Assembly: GCA_041640595.1 (NCBI GenBank)
Contig: JBEPZY010000005.1
Location: 128,001-192,000, forward strand
Direction of reading: 5' to 3'
DNA length: 64,000 nt
DNA from: Gemmatales bacterium
Lineage (GTDB): Bacteria; Planctomycetota; Planctomycetia; Gemmatales; HRBIN36
Both the position numbers and the translations under genes were made by a program. Within the stretch, counting starts at the first letter, position 1; each line of letters opens with the position of its first letter. The notes under the pieces were generated by a model. That model worked only from the letters and a program-made list of their open reading frames with translations, was not told the DNA's origin and searched no databases. Shown piece by piece: positions 30,887 to 44,484 of the stretch.

Positions 30887-32461
30887 ATGTCGGATGAAGC
30901 GCGAATCGAAACGCCGCAAAATATCCAGCCCCCGAAAACACCCGAAGAATTGACCGCTTCCAAACAAGCCCCAGCCGAGCTTACCCACCAGCAACCACCA
31001 CCGAGCGTGGCGCAAGAAACACTCCCACCATCACCGCCTGCCTCTGCGTCAGGGCAACAGGGTGTCACGCCGGGAGAACAGGCCGTAACGACAACGGCTG
31101 CCGAATCGCCAGCGTCCATACCAGCCACCAGTGCGGAAGGCACACCCGTCGCGAGCCAGGAATCTACGGTTACGGAGTCGCCCGTGGCTCAGGTGAGTCG
31201 GCCACCGCAACGCAGCTTAGCCGCGGCAGCCGCTACCGCAGAAGAACGCGAAGCCCTCAAAAGAGCCGAGTTGGAAGCGCTGGACGAGGAAATTGAAGCG
31301 GAACTGCAGGCAGCTCTGGCCGAGGTAGAAAAAGTACAAACCGCCGAAGCGGCTCCTCCGGTTCAGCCGAAACCGAAACGGGCCCAGCAAGAGCCTGCCA
31401 CTCGCAAGGGCGTGATCCTGGCCGTCGTCGGGTCCGACGTGTTTGTGGATATCGGCGGCCGAACTCAGGGAGTTTTGCCTCTGGAGCAATTTCGTGACGC
31501 CCCGCCTCGACCCGGACAGGAAATCGAAGTCGCGATCTGCGGCTACGATCAGGAGAACGGTCTGGTCTTGCTGGAACGTCCCGGAGTCGCGCTGGCTAAA
31601 GCGAGTTGGGCCGCCATTAAAGTCGGGGCGGTTGTTGAGGCTCGCGTGACCGGTGTCGTGAAAAGTGGCCTGGAAGTGGATGTCGGAGGGATTCGTGGAT
31701 TTATCCCGGCCAGTCAAGTGGACGTGCACCGTGTCGAGGATTTATCTCCGTATGTCGGCCAGCGGTTCCTTTGTGAAGTGATCGAAGCGAATCCGGAAGA
31801 GGATACGCTTGTCCTGTCGCGTCGGGCGGTTCTGGATAAAGAGCGTCAGCAAGCGCAGGAGCAGCTCTGGCAGGAGCTTGCGGAAGGCCAGATTCGTACC
31901 GGCATTGTGCGTAGTGTGCAGGATTACGGAGCGTTTGTGGATCTGGGACACGGCGTCGAAGGTCTGCTGCATGTATCGGAAATGAGCTGGTCGCGGCGGG
32001 TACAACCGTCGGAATTGCTGCAACCCGGACAGGAAGTTCGCGTCGCCATCATCAAACTCGACCGCCAGAACAAAAAAATCGGCCTGAGTCTCAAGCAAGT
32101 GCAGGGTAGCCCCTGGGACACGGTCGAGGATAAGTATCCGGTCGGGACGGTGGTTACGGGCAAAGTGGTGCGCCTGGCCGAATACGGTGCCTTCGTTGAA
32201 CTGGAACCGGGAGTGGAAGGTCTGGTGCACATCTCCGAATTATCGCCGCAGCGGGTACGGCGGGTAGAAGACGTGGTCAAGATCGGCGATGAGGTCCGCG
32301 CTCAGGTGATCAAGGTGGACCGGGTGGCTCGACGGATTTCCCTCTCTTTGAAAGCGGTGCAGGTGGCCGAGGAAGAAGAGCTGGCTCCACGCTGGGCAGA
32401 AAGCCGACGGGGCCCAGCCACCTCAACTCGACGCCGACCGCTCAAGGGTGGCCTCGACTGA
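30887..32461 (+). CDS. S1 RNA-binding domain protein (ribosomal protein S1-like, four S1 domains)
   Basis: Repeated [22 protein letters not shown]1 motifs, Pro/Ala/Glu-rich N-terminal extension, LKGGL tail. Confidence 0.9.
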   Translation: MSDEARIETPQNIQPPKTPEELTASKQAPAELTHQQPPPSVAQETLPPSPPASASGQQGVTPGEQAVTTTAAESPASIPATSAEGTPVASQESTVTESPVAQVSRPPQRSLAAAAATAEEREALKRAELEALDEEIEAELQAALAEVEKVQTAEAAPPVQPKPKRAQQEPATRKGVILAVVGSDVFVDIGGRTQGVLPLEQFRDAPPRPGQEIEVAICGYDQENGLVLLERPGVALAKASWAAIKVGAVVEARVTGVVKSGLEVDVGGIRGFIPASQVDVHRVEDLSPYVGQRFLCEVIEANPEEDTLVLSRRAVLDKERQQAQEQLWQELAEGQIRTGIVRSVQDYGAFVDLGHGVEGLLHVSEMSWSRRVQPSELLQPGQEVRVAIIKLDRQNKKIGLSLKQVQGSPWDTVEDKYPVGTVVTGKVVRLAEYGAFVELEPGVEGLVHISELSPQRVRRVEDVVKIGDEVRAQVIKVDRVARRISLSLKAVQVAEEEELAPRWAESRRGPATSTRRRPLKGGLD

Positions 32462-32523
32462 AAATCGTTGTGCCGGGCTCGCACATCGCTGCACACCAGG
32501 ACGTCAGGACTGAGTAACCGCAC

Positions 32524-35500
32524 TTAGCGTCCTCCTATCCGATCCGCCGGAACCTGGCGGATTCGCCTTTCGGGATCGTGGAATCGCAGGTAAACTTCGC
32601 CCGGCCGATCGCGGCAAACCGCTTCGAGTAGAACGCGATGGCGTCCCGGTTCTAACGTTACGGTCACGCTGGACTCATCCTGAGTCAACTGCCCCGTCGG
32701 TTTATCCTTGTGCAGGATTAGTTTACCGTCAAGCCAGATACGCAACCCCAAGTCACTAATCAGGCGTAACTCCGTCGAAACCTTATCGGCCGTTTCCAGC
32801 TCGCTATAGATGTAGGTCACATCATGACCGGCCAGATCGTATTTAGCAGGCGGAATTACGATACGTCCACCCGGTCCGATAGCGGGAGCTTGCCAGGAAA
32901 GCTTAGGGGTCTTAATGGGACTCGTTTCCGACCGCAGCCAGTTCTCTAACCGTTCTGGATCAGGTCGCACCGGGCCACACAAAAGTACCTCGGTAAGATG
33001 CGGTTGAGCCAGCAGGTAACTAATCAAGTCGCGGAATTCCTGTTCGCTTATATTCTGGTCTAAGTTTTCAGGCATCAAGGAGCGCATTTCGATTTTCATT
33101 TCCTCGATGTTAGTCCGCGGCACGGTTTCCAGGACGTTATTTTCCCGACGGATGGTAACAGATTGATTATCTTCGGCTGCCAGCAATCCGGTCAGCACTT
33201 TGCCATCTTTAGTCAGAATAAGTCTGGTGAAATATGGCTGACCGACTACCCGATTGGGATCCAGGATGTTAGTCAACAAATAGTCCAGGCTGCGCTCGGC
33301 CCCATCTAGGTCTGGTCCTACCTCGTGTCCCTGTCCGCGAAAACGGTGACATTGCGCGCACTGCTTTTCGTAAACCTGTCGCCCACGTTCAGGGTTTCCC
33401 CGACCACTATACATCGCCAGCCGATATTTTTCGATCTTCTTCTGAATCTCCGCGGGTGTTTCCTGGACTCGCCCCCATACTTTTTCCAGCAACTGGTTTA
33501 GCTCCTTATCGTTGAAAGCACGAATAGCCAGCACCGTGTTGCTGTTAAGTTCCGTCGCGGGGATCTCTTTGCGAGCGATTGCCTCTAATAATGCCTGTGC
33601 CCAGACTTTCCGTCTTTGCAAGGTCTTGATTATCTCGCTGCGGACTGCCGGCGAGAGTTGCTTCCAGGAAGCCAGTAACCAGGAGGCGATTTCCGGTTGC
33701 TCATAGTTGCCCAGTGTACGCAATAGTGCCAGGCGCATAACGTCAGATGCAGCTTTTTCCCAGTGTTGCTTAAGCAGCGCTAACGCTTCGGGTGGACAAG
33801 TTAGCGATATATCTTCCAGTGCTCGCAGCAGTTCTTCGGTGCTGGCTTGTGGGTTACCCAGGACTTTCAAGGCGGCCGCTATACTTGCCGGATCGCGGAA
33901 GGTGATACCAATTTCGCGTCGGATTCGCATAAGTTCACTGTCGCCGGACCTGGTAAGCTCGGCAGCTAACGCTGGCCAGTTCTTTGGCGGCTGAATGTTG
34001 CGGTTGCGAATACCCTCCAGGACCCCGGCCAGCGCTGCCCGCCGCACTTCCAGTGAGGAACACTGCATTGCAAAGTCAAAGCATACCGGTAACCATTTGC
34101 CTATATCTTCCGCCAGCAATCGTCGCATAGTGCGAGGTACTATATCGCGCACCAATATAGGACTGCCTTTCGCATACTGGCCGAGCCAGGCTAATAAAGC
34201 ATCTAAGTCGGAGGGTAATTTTTGCTCTGATGCCCGTAGGATTTCGCTGAGGCGTGCTTCCCAGGCTAACCAGAGCAGAAATGGGATCACGGAGTCGGTT
34301 GCATCTTCTTTACGTAAGCACAGCGATTGCAAAGCGGATAGACTCGCAGGATGGCGAATGCGTCGCAGTGCGCAGGCAATTTCCAGGCGTACACGAGCAT
34401 CAGGCTCATGATTAGCTAAATCGGCGAGCACCTTGAGGTCCGCGTCCGTCCATTCGGATTGTTCGCCTAGAAATCGCACCGCCCAGGCGCGGACTGCCGC
34501 ATAGGGATGCGCGGACAACCGGTGCTTGGTAGAGGAATCCAGTGAGCCGATCTGATAAAGTGCCCACAGCGCCCGTAAACTATGCGTGCCGTTATTAGTC
34601 TGCAGGGCTTGCTGGCGGAGAAAACTTAGGGTTTGCGAATCGCTCAGTGGTGCGCGTTCGGCTAACAATCGCAGGGCGGTTCGGTAACGATAGGGATAAT
34701 CATCATAAACAGCGATTTCGGCCAGCTGGCGTACTGGAAGTGTAGATAGGTCTTTAGCGCGTCGTGGCTTGAGTCCCTTTGGTGCGAGACGGTAAATGCG
34801 GCCGCGACTATAGTCCCAGCTGTCCGGGTGAGCCTGATGGCAGGGGTTCTGATCGTGCCAGTCAATCCAGTAAATACTCCCATCGGGAGCCCAGCGTAGA
34901 TTGATAGGCCTGACATTCCGGTCGCCCGAGACAACCAGGTCGGGGGCATGGGAAGCTATAAACGTCGAGCCGTTGCGACGCAGGATGTCGCGTTTAATAC
35001 TCGAACCGTGGATGCTTCCCATAAGCAGACTGCCTCGGTAATTTTGGGGCACTGTGGGCCCATCTAAATAAAGCAAACCGGCATGGGCCCAGCCGCTTTC
35101 CTGATGGTGGAGATGATCGCTAATCTCCCGCAACTGACCATAAGCATAAGGATGATAGCTGGGTTTATGGCTTTGTTTGATATATATACCACCGGGCACT
35201 ATATGAAATAGATGGGGAATTACGCAGCAAACTAAGAAACAGTTGCCTTCGGAATCAAAATCCATGCCCCAGGGGTTGCTGGTACCTTCGGCGAAAACCT
35301 CGAAGCGTTTGCTGCGGACATCATAACGCCAGACGGCAGCATCTAAGCGCTGGCCCTGTACTTCGGACGTAGTAAAGACGCCATGCAGACCGTATAGCCG
35401 GCCGTCCGGCCCCCATTGAAACGTATTGAGTGTTTCGTGTGTGTCCTGGCTGCCAAAGCCCCGCAAGAGGATTTCATAGTGATCGCACCGGCCATCTTGA

Positions 35501-35982
35501 TTCCGATCCTGCAGGAAGAAAAGATAAGGTGGTGCGCCGAGAAACACCCCGCCATAGCCGACTTCTAAACCGCTGGCCAGATCAAAGCGCACTGGGAAAT
35601 CTTTACCCTCCGCCCAGATGGTGACTTTGTCTGCCCGACCGTCGCCATCGGTGTCTTCTAAGATCTTGATACGGTCGCGCGGCATTCTGCCAGGGGGTGT
35701 ACGCTTGGGATATTCGTAACATTCGAGCACCCAGACGCGGCCACGCTCATCTATAGTGAAGGCGATAGGATTGATGACGTCCGGTTCGGCTGCGAATAAG
35801 GTAACCTCCCATTCGGGGGCGAGGCGAAACCGCCGGACGGTTTCCTCGGCCTCGAGATAGGCTTGTCCGGTGGGCTTGCGGTTATCGAAACCGAACTCTC
35901 TCTGCGACCAGCTTAGTGCCGGCAGGAGACCGAGAAGAAGCAGGCTATATCGGATGGATCGGCTCACGAGTGCATCTCCCAA
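32524..35982 (-). CDS. PVC-type heme-binding CxxCH protein (dehydrogenase-like propeller, HEAT repeats, cytochrome c)
   Basis: Signal peptide, LFAAEPDVINP, ILEDTDGDGRAD, NPWG, HEAT repeats, CAQCH, GPDL, SLMPE. Confidence 0.92.
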   Translation of the reverse strand: MGDALVSRSIRYSLLLLGLLPALSWSQREFGFDNRKPTGQAYLEAEETVRRFRLAPEWEVTLFAAEPDVINPIAFTIDERGRVWVLECYEYPKRTPPGRMPRDRIKILEDTDGDGRADKVTIWAEGKDFPVRFDLASGLEVGYGGVFLGAPPYLFFLQDRNQDGRCDHYEILLRGFGSQDTHETLNTFQWGPDGRLYGLHGVFTTSEVQGQRLDAAVWRYDVRSKRFEVFAEGTSNPWGMDFDSEGNCFLVCCVIPHLFHIVPGGIYIKQSHKPSYHPYAYGQLREISDHLHHQESGWAHAGLLYLDGPTVPQNYRGSLLMGSIHGSSIKRDILRRNGSTFIASHAPDLVVSGDRNVRPINLRWAPDGSIYWIDWHDQNPCHQAHPDSWDYSRGRIYRLAPKGLKPRRAKDLSTLPVRQLAEIAVYDDYPYRYRTALRLLAERAPLSDSQTLSFLRQQALQTNNGTHSLRALWALYQIGSLDSSTKHRLSAHPYAAVRAWAVRFLGEQSEWTDADLKVLADLANHEPDARVRLEIACALRRIRHPASLSALQSLCLRKEDATDSVIPFLLWLAWEARLSEILRASEQKLPSDLDALLAWLGQYAKGSPILVRDIVPRTMRRLLAEDIGKWLPVCFDFAMQCSSLEVRRAALAGVLEGIRNRNIQPPKNWPALAAELTRSGDSELMRIRREIGITFRDPASIAAALKVLGNPQASTEELLRALEDISLTCPPEALALLKQHWEKAASDVMRLALLRTLGNYEQPEIASWLLASWKQLSPAVRSEIIKTLQRRKVWAQALLEAIARKEIPATELNSNTVLAIRAFNDKELNQLLEKVWGRVQETPAEIQKKIEKYRLAMYSGRGNPERGRQVYEKQCAQCHRFRGQGHEVGPDLDGAERSLDYLLTNILDPNRVVGQPYFTRLILTKDGKVLTGLLAAEDNQSVTIRRENNVLETVPRTNIEEMKIEMRSLMPENLDQNISEQEFRDLISYLLAQPHLTEVLLCGPVRPDPERLENWLRSETSPIKTPKLSWQAPAIGPGGRIVIPPAKYDLAGHDVTYIYSELETADKVSTELRLISDLGLRIWLDGKLILHKDKPTGQLTQDESSVTVTLEPGRHRVLLEAVCRDRPGEVYLRFHDPERRIRQVPADRIGGR

Positions 35983-36215
35983 GATAAGCAGCCACGAGAG
36001 CGTTAGGTGCGATCAAGAGCTCGCGATTTCCAGGCCGCCGGCTCCGCGGCTACTTGAAGAGAAAATTATAAGGTTGGCGTAGTTCCCTGCCAGAAGAGTT
36101 GAAAACAATAGAAGGGGGTTTTTCGCGTCGTCGTACGGACTGCGAGGAAAATCATCTTCCCTTTTCGTGCGCGGTGACAACTGGCCATAGGCGATGATTT
36201 TCGGAGTGCGAGTTA

Positions 36216-37238
36216 TCACATGCTGAATTCGTTCAGCACCTGGACATATTGGCTGAAGAGGCGGATGACCAGCGAGGCGATGAAGATGACGACCAGGAGC
36301 CAGACCGCTCCGGCGGCAATGCCGGCACACAGGCGGAGTCGGTCGGCGGCCTGTTCGTAGCGGTGTCGAGCGTGGCGACGCAGTGCTTCCGGTTCAGCGC
36401 CAGCGGTTTCTGCGGTGGCGAGAACAGCGAGGAATTCGTCGCTGAGCAAATGGGTCTCGGTCAGGGCTTCGGAGAGTGTTCGGCCGCGACGGGTTTGTTT
36501 GCGGATGGGTTTGGCCCAGTGCGCGTAGGCGGGATTGCCCGTAGCTTCCAGGGCCAGTTCCGCGGCTTCGTGAACGACCAGTCCCGCATCGAGGGCAACT
36601 GCCAGTGCCTGCGCCAGGCGTGCTTCGGCGAGGGCTTGTAAAGCGGCACCCAAGATGGGAACACGCAAAAGGAGCCGATGCACGGCGACGCTGTGCCGAC
36701 CGCGATGGAAAAAATACCGCAGTGCCAGATACGGGCCGATAGTGAATGCCGCGACACTGGCCAGGAAAATCACGGCCCCGGTTTCGCCTTTGAGACCAAA
36801 GACCGACATGGGACTTTTTCCGCCTACGGACTCAACGATTCCTAATAGCCAGATGAATAGTGCGAGCACTAAAACGGCGGCGATGAACTGAAACAGCGGC
36901 CAAGTAATCCGCGACCAGAACTGGCGGCGTAGTTCCAGCTGCAAAGCGAAAGCCTGCTCGAGCTCAAGCAACACTTCCGGAAGTCGGCCGGTGCGTTCGC
37001 CGACGATCACCGCGGCGGTGAAAAATGCCGGTAGCCGCGATGTCCACGACTGGAGGGCGGTTTCAAGACTTTCCCCCTGCTTGAGCTGATCGGCAACATT
37101 AGCGGCCAGAGTACGAAAAGGCGTGGGGCCTTTGTCCGCCAGTTGTTGCCAGGCTTTTGCCGACGGCACGCCAGCTTCCAGCAAATGCCGTAAACTCCGA
37201 CAAACCTGCATCAGGCTGGCTGGTGAAACCTGGCCCAC
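36216..37238 (-). CDS. Type II secretion system F / PilC family protein
   Basis: LLEAGVP, GESLETAL, VGERTGRLPEVL and duplicated T2SSF halves with TMs. Confidence 0.88.
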   Translation of the reverse strand: MGQVSPASLMQVCRSLRHLLEAGVPSAKAWQQLADKGPTPFRTLAANVADQLKQGESLETALQSWTSRLPAFFTAAVIVGERTGRLPEVLLELEQAFALQLELRRQFWSRITWPLFQFIAAVLVLALFIWLLGIVESVGGKSPMSVFGLKGETGAVIFLASVAAFTIGPYLALRYFFHRGRHSVAVHRLLLRVPILGAALQALAEARLAQALAVALDAGLVVHEAAELALEATGNPAYAHWAKPIRKQTRRGRTLSEALTETHLLSDEFLAVLATAETAGAEPEALRRHARHRYEQAADRLRLCAGIAAGAVWLLVVIFIASLVIRLFSQYVQVLNEFSM

Positions 37239-37604
37239 GCGTTGCCCCTTTCCGACCCAGGACGGTCTCGGAACTGCCTCCCGTTTGTTTGCCGTGGCGA
37301 GCTTGCGCCACCAGTTGGTATTATGGCGATTGGTAATGCACCGTGCAAGACTCCGGGGCCGGTGAAACAGCTGACCAATTAGGACAGTGGTGGACGAATT
37401 GGAGGCGAATTTTCCGGAGTCGGTGATAGGATTCTCGTTGGTTGACCGATAGCGATGTGCGGAAATGAGCTCGTTGGCTTCGGGTTACCTCATGTTTCGT
37501 GGCGACGCTGCCGAAACTATATAATTGCCGAGCGTAAGAGCGGCGTGGGAGCATGAGCAGAGCTCGGTGCTGGCCGCTGGAAAAATTTTGAATGGGGGGG
37601 GGGC

Positions 37605-37801
37605 TTGACGGCAGCAAATTTTTTCGCATAACATACTATCCCCGCTGGGGCGGACGACCGGCAACAGGAAAGGTGCCTGCGGGGTGCTGGCCACTTGACA
37701 GCCTGCCTATATAATGAGCGTGCCGGACAACGAAAGCAGGGAGGCGACTGAAGAAGCCATCATCAACGGCTGTCACCTGAACGTAGTCGTGATGGTATAA
37801 T
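37605..37801 (+). promoter_or_regulatory. Tandem rRNA promoters for the 23S-5S unit
   Basis: TTGACG(37605)-N18-TAACAT(37629); extended -10 TGgTATAAT at 37793-37801; boxA-like GCTCTTTGACAA at 37933. Confidence 0.6.
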
Positions 37802-38334
37802 AACGGTTGGCGATGACAGTGAGCACGAATCGCGGCGGCAATGTCGCCTCGATTCCTGCCCACTGGGCAGAACGCGACCGAGGGCAGGAGGCCTGATAGA
37901 TGGCTAACTGCCTGCCATCGGGAAGCGGGCTAGCTCTTTGACAATCCGGAGAAAGCGGCAGCGAAAGAGGGTTGCATCTTCACGGAGACGGCTCCGGTCG
38001 GCGTGTGCCGGCGGAGTATCTGCGTGAAGTAGCAGCCGAGTGTCTCGAGCGCGTCTGGGTCGTTACTCGGAAGTTGCCTGTAACCCGTGCAGGCAACGTC
38101 GGGTAGCTGGCAACCATCCGCAAGGATGGTCGTCCTCGCCGGTGAGGCCAGCGCAGAGCGAAGCGGTCGATAATTCGGCCGTGAAAATGCGTTGGCAAGC
38201 CGAGAGTGGGACGGATGCGGCCAAGCTACTAAGGGCGCGTGGGGGATGCCTAGGCGCCAGGAGCAAGGGCGTGGCAGGCTGCGATAAGCCCGGGGGAGCC
38301 GCCAAGCAGGCTTTGATCCCGGGATTCCCTAACC

Positions 38335-38370
<36 letters not shown>

Positions 38371-39527
38371 AAAGAAAGCAAAAGCGATTCCCTGAGTAGC
38401 GGCGAGCGAAAGGGGAACAGCCCAAACCATCAGGATTCGTCCTGGTGGGGTTGTAGGGCCGGGCTGCCTTCAATGGCAGGGAGTTACCAAACCAACTCCT
38501 AGCAGAACACTGCTGGAAAGCAGGACCACAGAGGGTGATAGTCCCGTACGCAAAAGGAGTTGGTCTCCCGTCCGGTACCTGAGTAGCGCCCGTCACGTGA
38601 AAGCGGGCGTGAATCTGCGGGGCCCATCCCGTAAGGCTAAATACTCCCTGGCGACCGATAGTGAACCAGTAGCGCGAGCGAACGGTGGAAAGAACCCCTA
38701 TGAGGGGAGGCATTGAACCTGAAACCACGCGGCCTACAAGCGGTCGGAGGGCTATGCCTCCGGGCAACCGGAGGAAGGCCTGACGGCGTACCTTTTGCAT
38801 AATGGTCCGGCGAGTTACCGTCGTCGGCAAGGCTAAGCCGCTCAGCGGCGGAGCCGGAGCGAAAGCGAGTCTGAATAGGGCGCTAAGTCGGCGGCGGTAG
38901 ACGCGAAACCGGGTGATCTACGCACGGCCAGGCTGAAGTGGGGGTAACACCCCATGGAGGGCCGAACCCACCAGGGTTGAAAACCTGGGGGATGAGCTGT
39001 GCGGAGGAGCAAAAAACTAATCGAACCCGGAGATAGCTCGTTCTCCCCGAAATGCCTTTAGGGGCAGCGTCGCCAAGTGGTACACGGGGGTAGAGCCACT
39101 GAATTCGATAGGGGGCCCACCAGGCTACCCTTCGAAACCAAACTCCGAATACCGTGTACCAGCAACGGCAGTGAGTCCGTGGGGGATAAGCTTCACGGTC
39201 GAGAGGGGAAGAACCCAGACCGCCTGCTAAGGCCCCCAAGTCCATGCTCAGTGCGAAAGGAAGTGGGACTCCGATGACAGCCAGGATGTTGGCTTAGAAG
39301 CAGCCACCATTTAAAAAGTGCGTAATAGCTTACTGGTCGAGGAGTCCTGCGCCGATAATGAACGGGACTAAGCATGGCGCCGAAGCAGCGGGAGTCGGCG
39401 TTAGCCGACTCGGTAGGGGAGCGTCGCACGTGCCTGCGAAGGGAGACGGATAACGACTCCTGGAGGTCGTGCGAGTGACTATGCCGGAACGAGTAACGAT
39501 AAAACGGGTGAGAATCCCGTTCGCCGA

Positions 39528-39574
<47 letters not shown>

Positions 39575-40066
39575 CCCCTAAGGCGAGGCCGAAAGGCGTA
39601 GCCGATGGACAGCAGGTTAATATTCCTGCGCCACTCCAGGGGACAAACCCAGCGACGCTGTGGGGAAGGGGTACGCACAGCTAGAGCGTGCGGGCCGCTT
39701 CGGCGGCGGAGGCCCTGGATGCCGAACTCCCTGGAACCGCAGCCAAGAAAAACCTGGGGGCGGTTGAACCTGGAGTGACCGTACTAAAACCGACACAGGT
39801 AGGCGGGATGAGGATTCTCAGGCGCTCGAGAGAACGCTCGTGAAGGAACTCTGCAAGTTGACCCCGTAACTTCGGGAGAAGGGGTGCCCCGGTAGGTTGT
39901 AGGCCAAAAGCCGAAGGCCGAGGGGGCCGCAGAGAATAGGCTCTCGCGACTGTTTACTAAAAACACAGGTCGCTGCGAACTCGTAAGAGGACGTATAGCG
40001 ACTGACGCCTGCCCGGTGCCGGTCAGTCAAGGAAGCGGGTTAGCCTCGAAAGGGGCGAAGCTCGCG

Positions 40067-41054
<988 letters not shown>

Positions 41055-41061
41055 AGCGAAG

Positions 41062-41105
<44 letters not shown>

Positions 41106-41546
41106 GGGAGCACTGTCTCCACGAGCGACTCGGTGAAACTGTAGTCGAAGTGAAGATGCTTCGTACCCGCAGCTAGACGGAAAGACCCCGTGAACCTTTA
41201 CTGCAGCCTAGTATTGGGCTTAGGCCCAGCATGCGTAGCGTAGGTGGGAGGCGTTGAACCGGCTACTCCGGTAGCCGGGGAGCCGTCACTGAAACACCAC
41301 CCTTGCTGTGCTTGAGTTCTAACTCCGTGCCGTCAGCCGGGCGGAGGACAGTGCTAGGTGGGCAGTTTGACTGGGGCGGTCTCCTCCTAAAAGGTAACGG
41401 AGGAGTCCAAAGGTCCGCTCAACCCGGTTGGCAATCGGGTGGTGAGCGCAAGGGTAGAAGCGGGCTTGACTGCGAGACCTACAAGTCGAGCAGGGACGAA
41501 AGTCGGGCCTAGTGATCCGGCGGTCCCGGATGGAAGGGCCGTCGCC

Positions 41547-41589
<43 letters not shown>

Positions 41590-41602
41590 TGAGCGTCCAC
41601 AG

Positions 41603-42498
<896 letters not shown>

Positions 42499-42558
42499 CA
42501 TCGCATCCTGGGGGTGGAGAAGCTCCCAAGGGTTCGGCTGTTCGCCGATGAAAGCGGT

Positions 42559-42596
<38 letters not shown>

Positions 42597-43166
42597 CCCT
42601 ATCTGCTGCGGGCGGAGGAGACTTGAGGGGAGCTCTCCCTAGTACGAGAGGATTGGGAGGGACGCACCTCTGGTGTGCCTGTTGTCGCGCTAGCGGCACG
42701 GCAGGGTAGCCACGTGCGGCAGGGATAAACGCTGAAAGCATATAAGCGTGAAGCCCACCCCAAGATGAGGTCTCCTTGGGCGCAAGCCCTGAAGGCCCCT
42801 CGTAGACTACGAGGTTGATAGGCCGGGTGTGTAAGCGCAGCAATGCGCTGAGCTAACCGGTACTAATGGCCGAGCGCTTGGCCGCATCCGTCTTGCTCTC
42901 TGCTTGTCTGACGCTAGGAGTACGTCCTCGGACGGACCATCCGTCAGACAGCGAGGCGACGGTTGTCAGAGCCGACGCGTTCGTACACATCGGCTGCGCA
43001 ACCCTTGTGCCCTGAGCCGTCAGGGCGGCTGTCTGCTTTCCTTCGGATTGTCGGGATCGTGATAACTACCCGATACCCGATCTCGCAACCAGCCGAACCC
43101 AGGCACGTGCTTCTATTCGTGGCCTGGAAGAGGTGAATCGAGTCGGGTGATCGGTAAAAGCAGCCT

Positions 43167-43277
43167 ACCCGGTGACCATACCTGGGGGGAAACACCCGTT
43201 CCCATTCCGAACACGGCCGTTAAGCCCCCAGGGCCGATGATAGTGGCTACTGCCGCGAAAGTAGGTTATCGCCGGGT
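43167..43277 (+). rRNA. rrf: 5S rRNA
   Basis: CCCGGTGACCATA...GAAACACCCGTTCCCATTCCGAACACGG...GTTAAG...GAAAGTAGGTTATCGCCGGG. Confidence 0.95.
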
Positions 43278-43290
43278 ACTCGAATTTGGG

Positions 43291-43324
43291 AACCGGCCTC
43301 CGCTTTGGAGGCCGGTTTTCTTTT
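43291..43324 (+). terminator. Rho-independent terminator of the rRNA unit
   Basis: AACCGGCCTCC-GCTTT-GGAGGCCGGTT followed by TTCTTTT. Confidence 0.9.
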
Positions 43325-43579
43325 AGTTGTGAGTTTCCGACCGTAAGGCTTGGCTGCCAAAGACCTTGCATCGCTATTGGCGTTGCATAGCCCGTTCCAT
43401 GCCCCAAAATTTTTGTCATTAGTGCGCGGGTTGCGTCGTATATCCGTTCGGAGGACGAGATCAAGGTCCGGGCGAACGGCAAACGCTAAGGATGGTGCTT
43501 GCCCGCCCAAAACGGGAAGCCAAGCATGGCCGACTTCCGGAACTTTGTCAACCGAGATGCGGAGTGGGCACGGTTTCTC

Positions 43580-44470
43580 ATGCACCGTCGAGACTTTCTC
43601 CGGCTGGCAGCCTATGCAGGAGCTGGTCTCATCGTGTCTCCCTTCTCGTATTTGACCTCAATGGCAGAGGAACAGGTTTCACCGGGCAAGTTTGCTTTCG
43701 ACACGCTGCAAGAACGCTGGGGCCCCGAACGACTGAACCGGTTCCTGGAACTGATCACGGACGAAGACCGCCTGAATTTGAAGAAGAGTTTGCAGCTGCT
43801 CAAACCGGAGGCGACCGTGAGTCAGTTGCGCGGCAAAAACGCTGACATCAACGACATTCTGACGCAGCTGTTATGGGTTTCCAGCCACTGGCTGCCCTAT
43901 TTGTGGCGAGATGAGTGGAGCATTGATTATCACGGCACCGTGTGCTGGTGTGCAGGCAAGCTGAAACTGCCAAAGCAAGACATCCAGACGCTGCCCACGT
44001 TCGCCCTGGAACGCAAAATTCTGGAGCAACTGTTCATCCAGATGTGGGACAAGTTGCCGCCGAAGGAACGCGAAAAACTTCTGTGCCAGCTCGATAAAAA
44101 TGGTTGCATCCAGGACAAGGCGGCAATCGCGGCGTTGAGCGGTGCTGCTGCACTGACGGCTTTATCCACGACGGTAATCCTGAGCGGGTTCGCGTTTTAC
44201 ACGACTATGTCCAGCTTGATCTGTGCTGTTGCGGGATTTTTCGGCATCACGCTGCCGTTCGGTGTGTACACGACAGCCAGCTCCACTGTTGCGCTGCTTG
44301 CTGGCCCCGTAGGCTGGGTCTTAGCGGCGATTCTGGCAGCGATCGGACTGGCATTGATCGGTCGCGCTAACGTTCAGAAAACGGTTCCTTTCGTGGTGAC
44401 CCTGCATTGCATCAAAGCCGAACACATGAAAAACGCCGGCTACAAGGAAAAGGACATCTTCGGCAAGTAG
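43580..44470 (+). CDS. YaaW/UPF0174-like protein with Tat-type signal
   Basis: MHRRDFLRLAA start; IDYHGTVCWCAGKL, LERKIL...MWDKL, LAGPVGW, TVPFVVTLH. Confidence 0.7.
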   Translation: MHRRDFLRLAAYAGAGLIVSPFSYLTSMAEEQVSPGKFAFDTLQERWGPERLNRFLELITDEDRLNLKKSLQLLKPEATVSQLRGKNADINDILTQLLWVSSHWLPYLWRDEWSIDYHGTVCWCAGKLKLPKQDIQTLPTFALERKILEQLFIQMWDKLPPKEREKLLCQLDKNGCIQDKAAIAALSGAAALTALSTTVILSGFAFYTTMSSLICAVAGFFGITLPFGVYTTASSTVALLAGPVGWVLAAILAAIGLALIGRANVQKTVPFVVTLHCIKAEHMKNAGYKEKDIFGK

Positions 44471-44484
44471 AGGAGAGGACATCC

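Noticed and set aside
37695..37715. TTGACA...TATAAT consensus pair
   Set aside because: Spacer is only 9 nt, so the two hexamers cannot form one sigma70 promoter.
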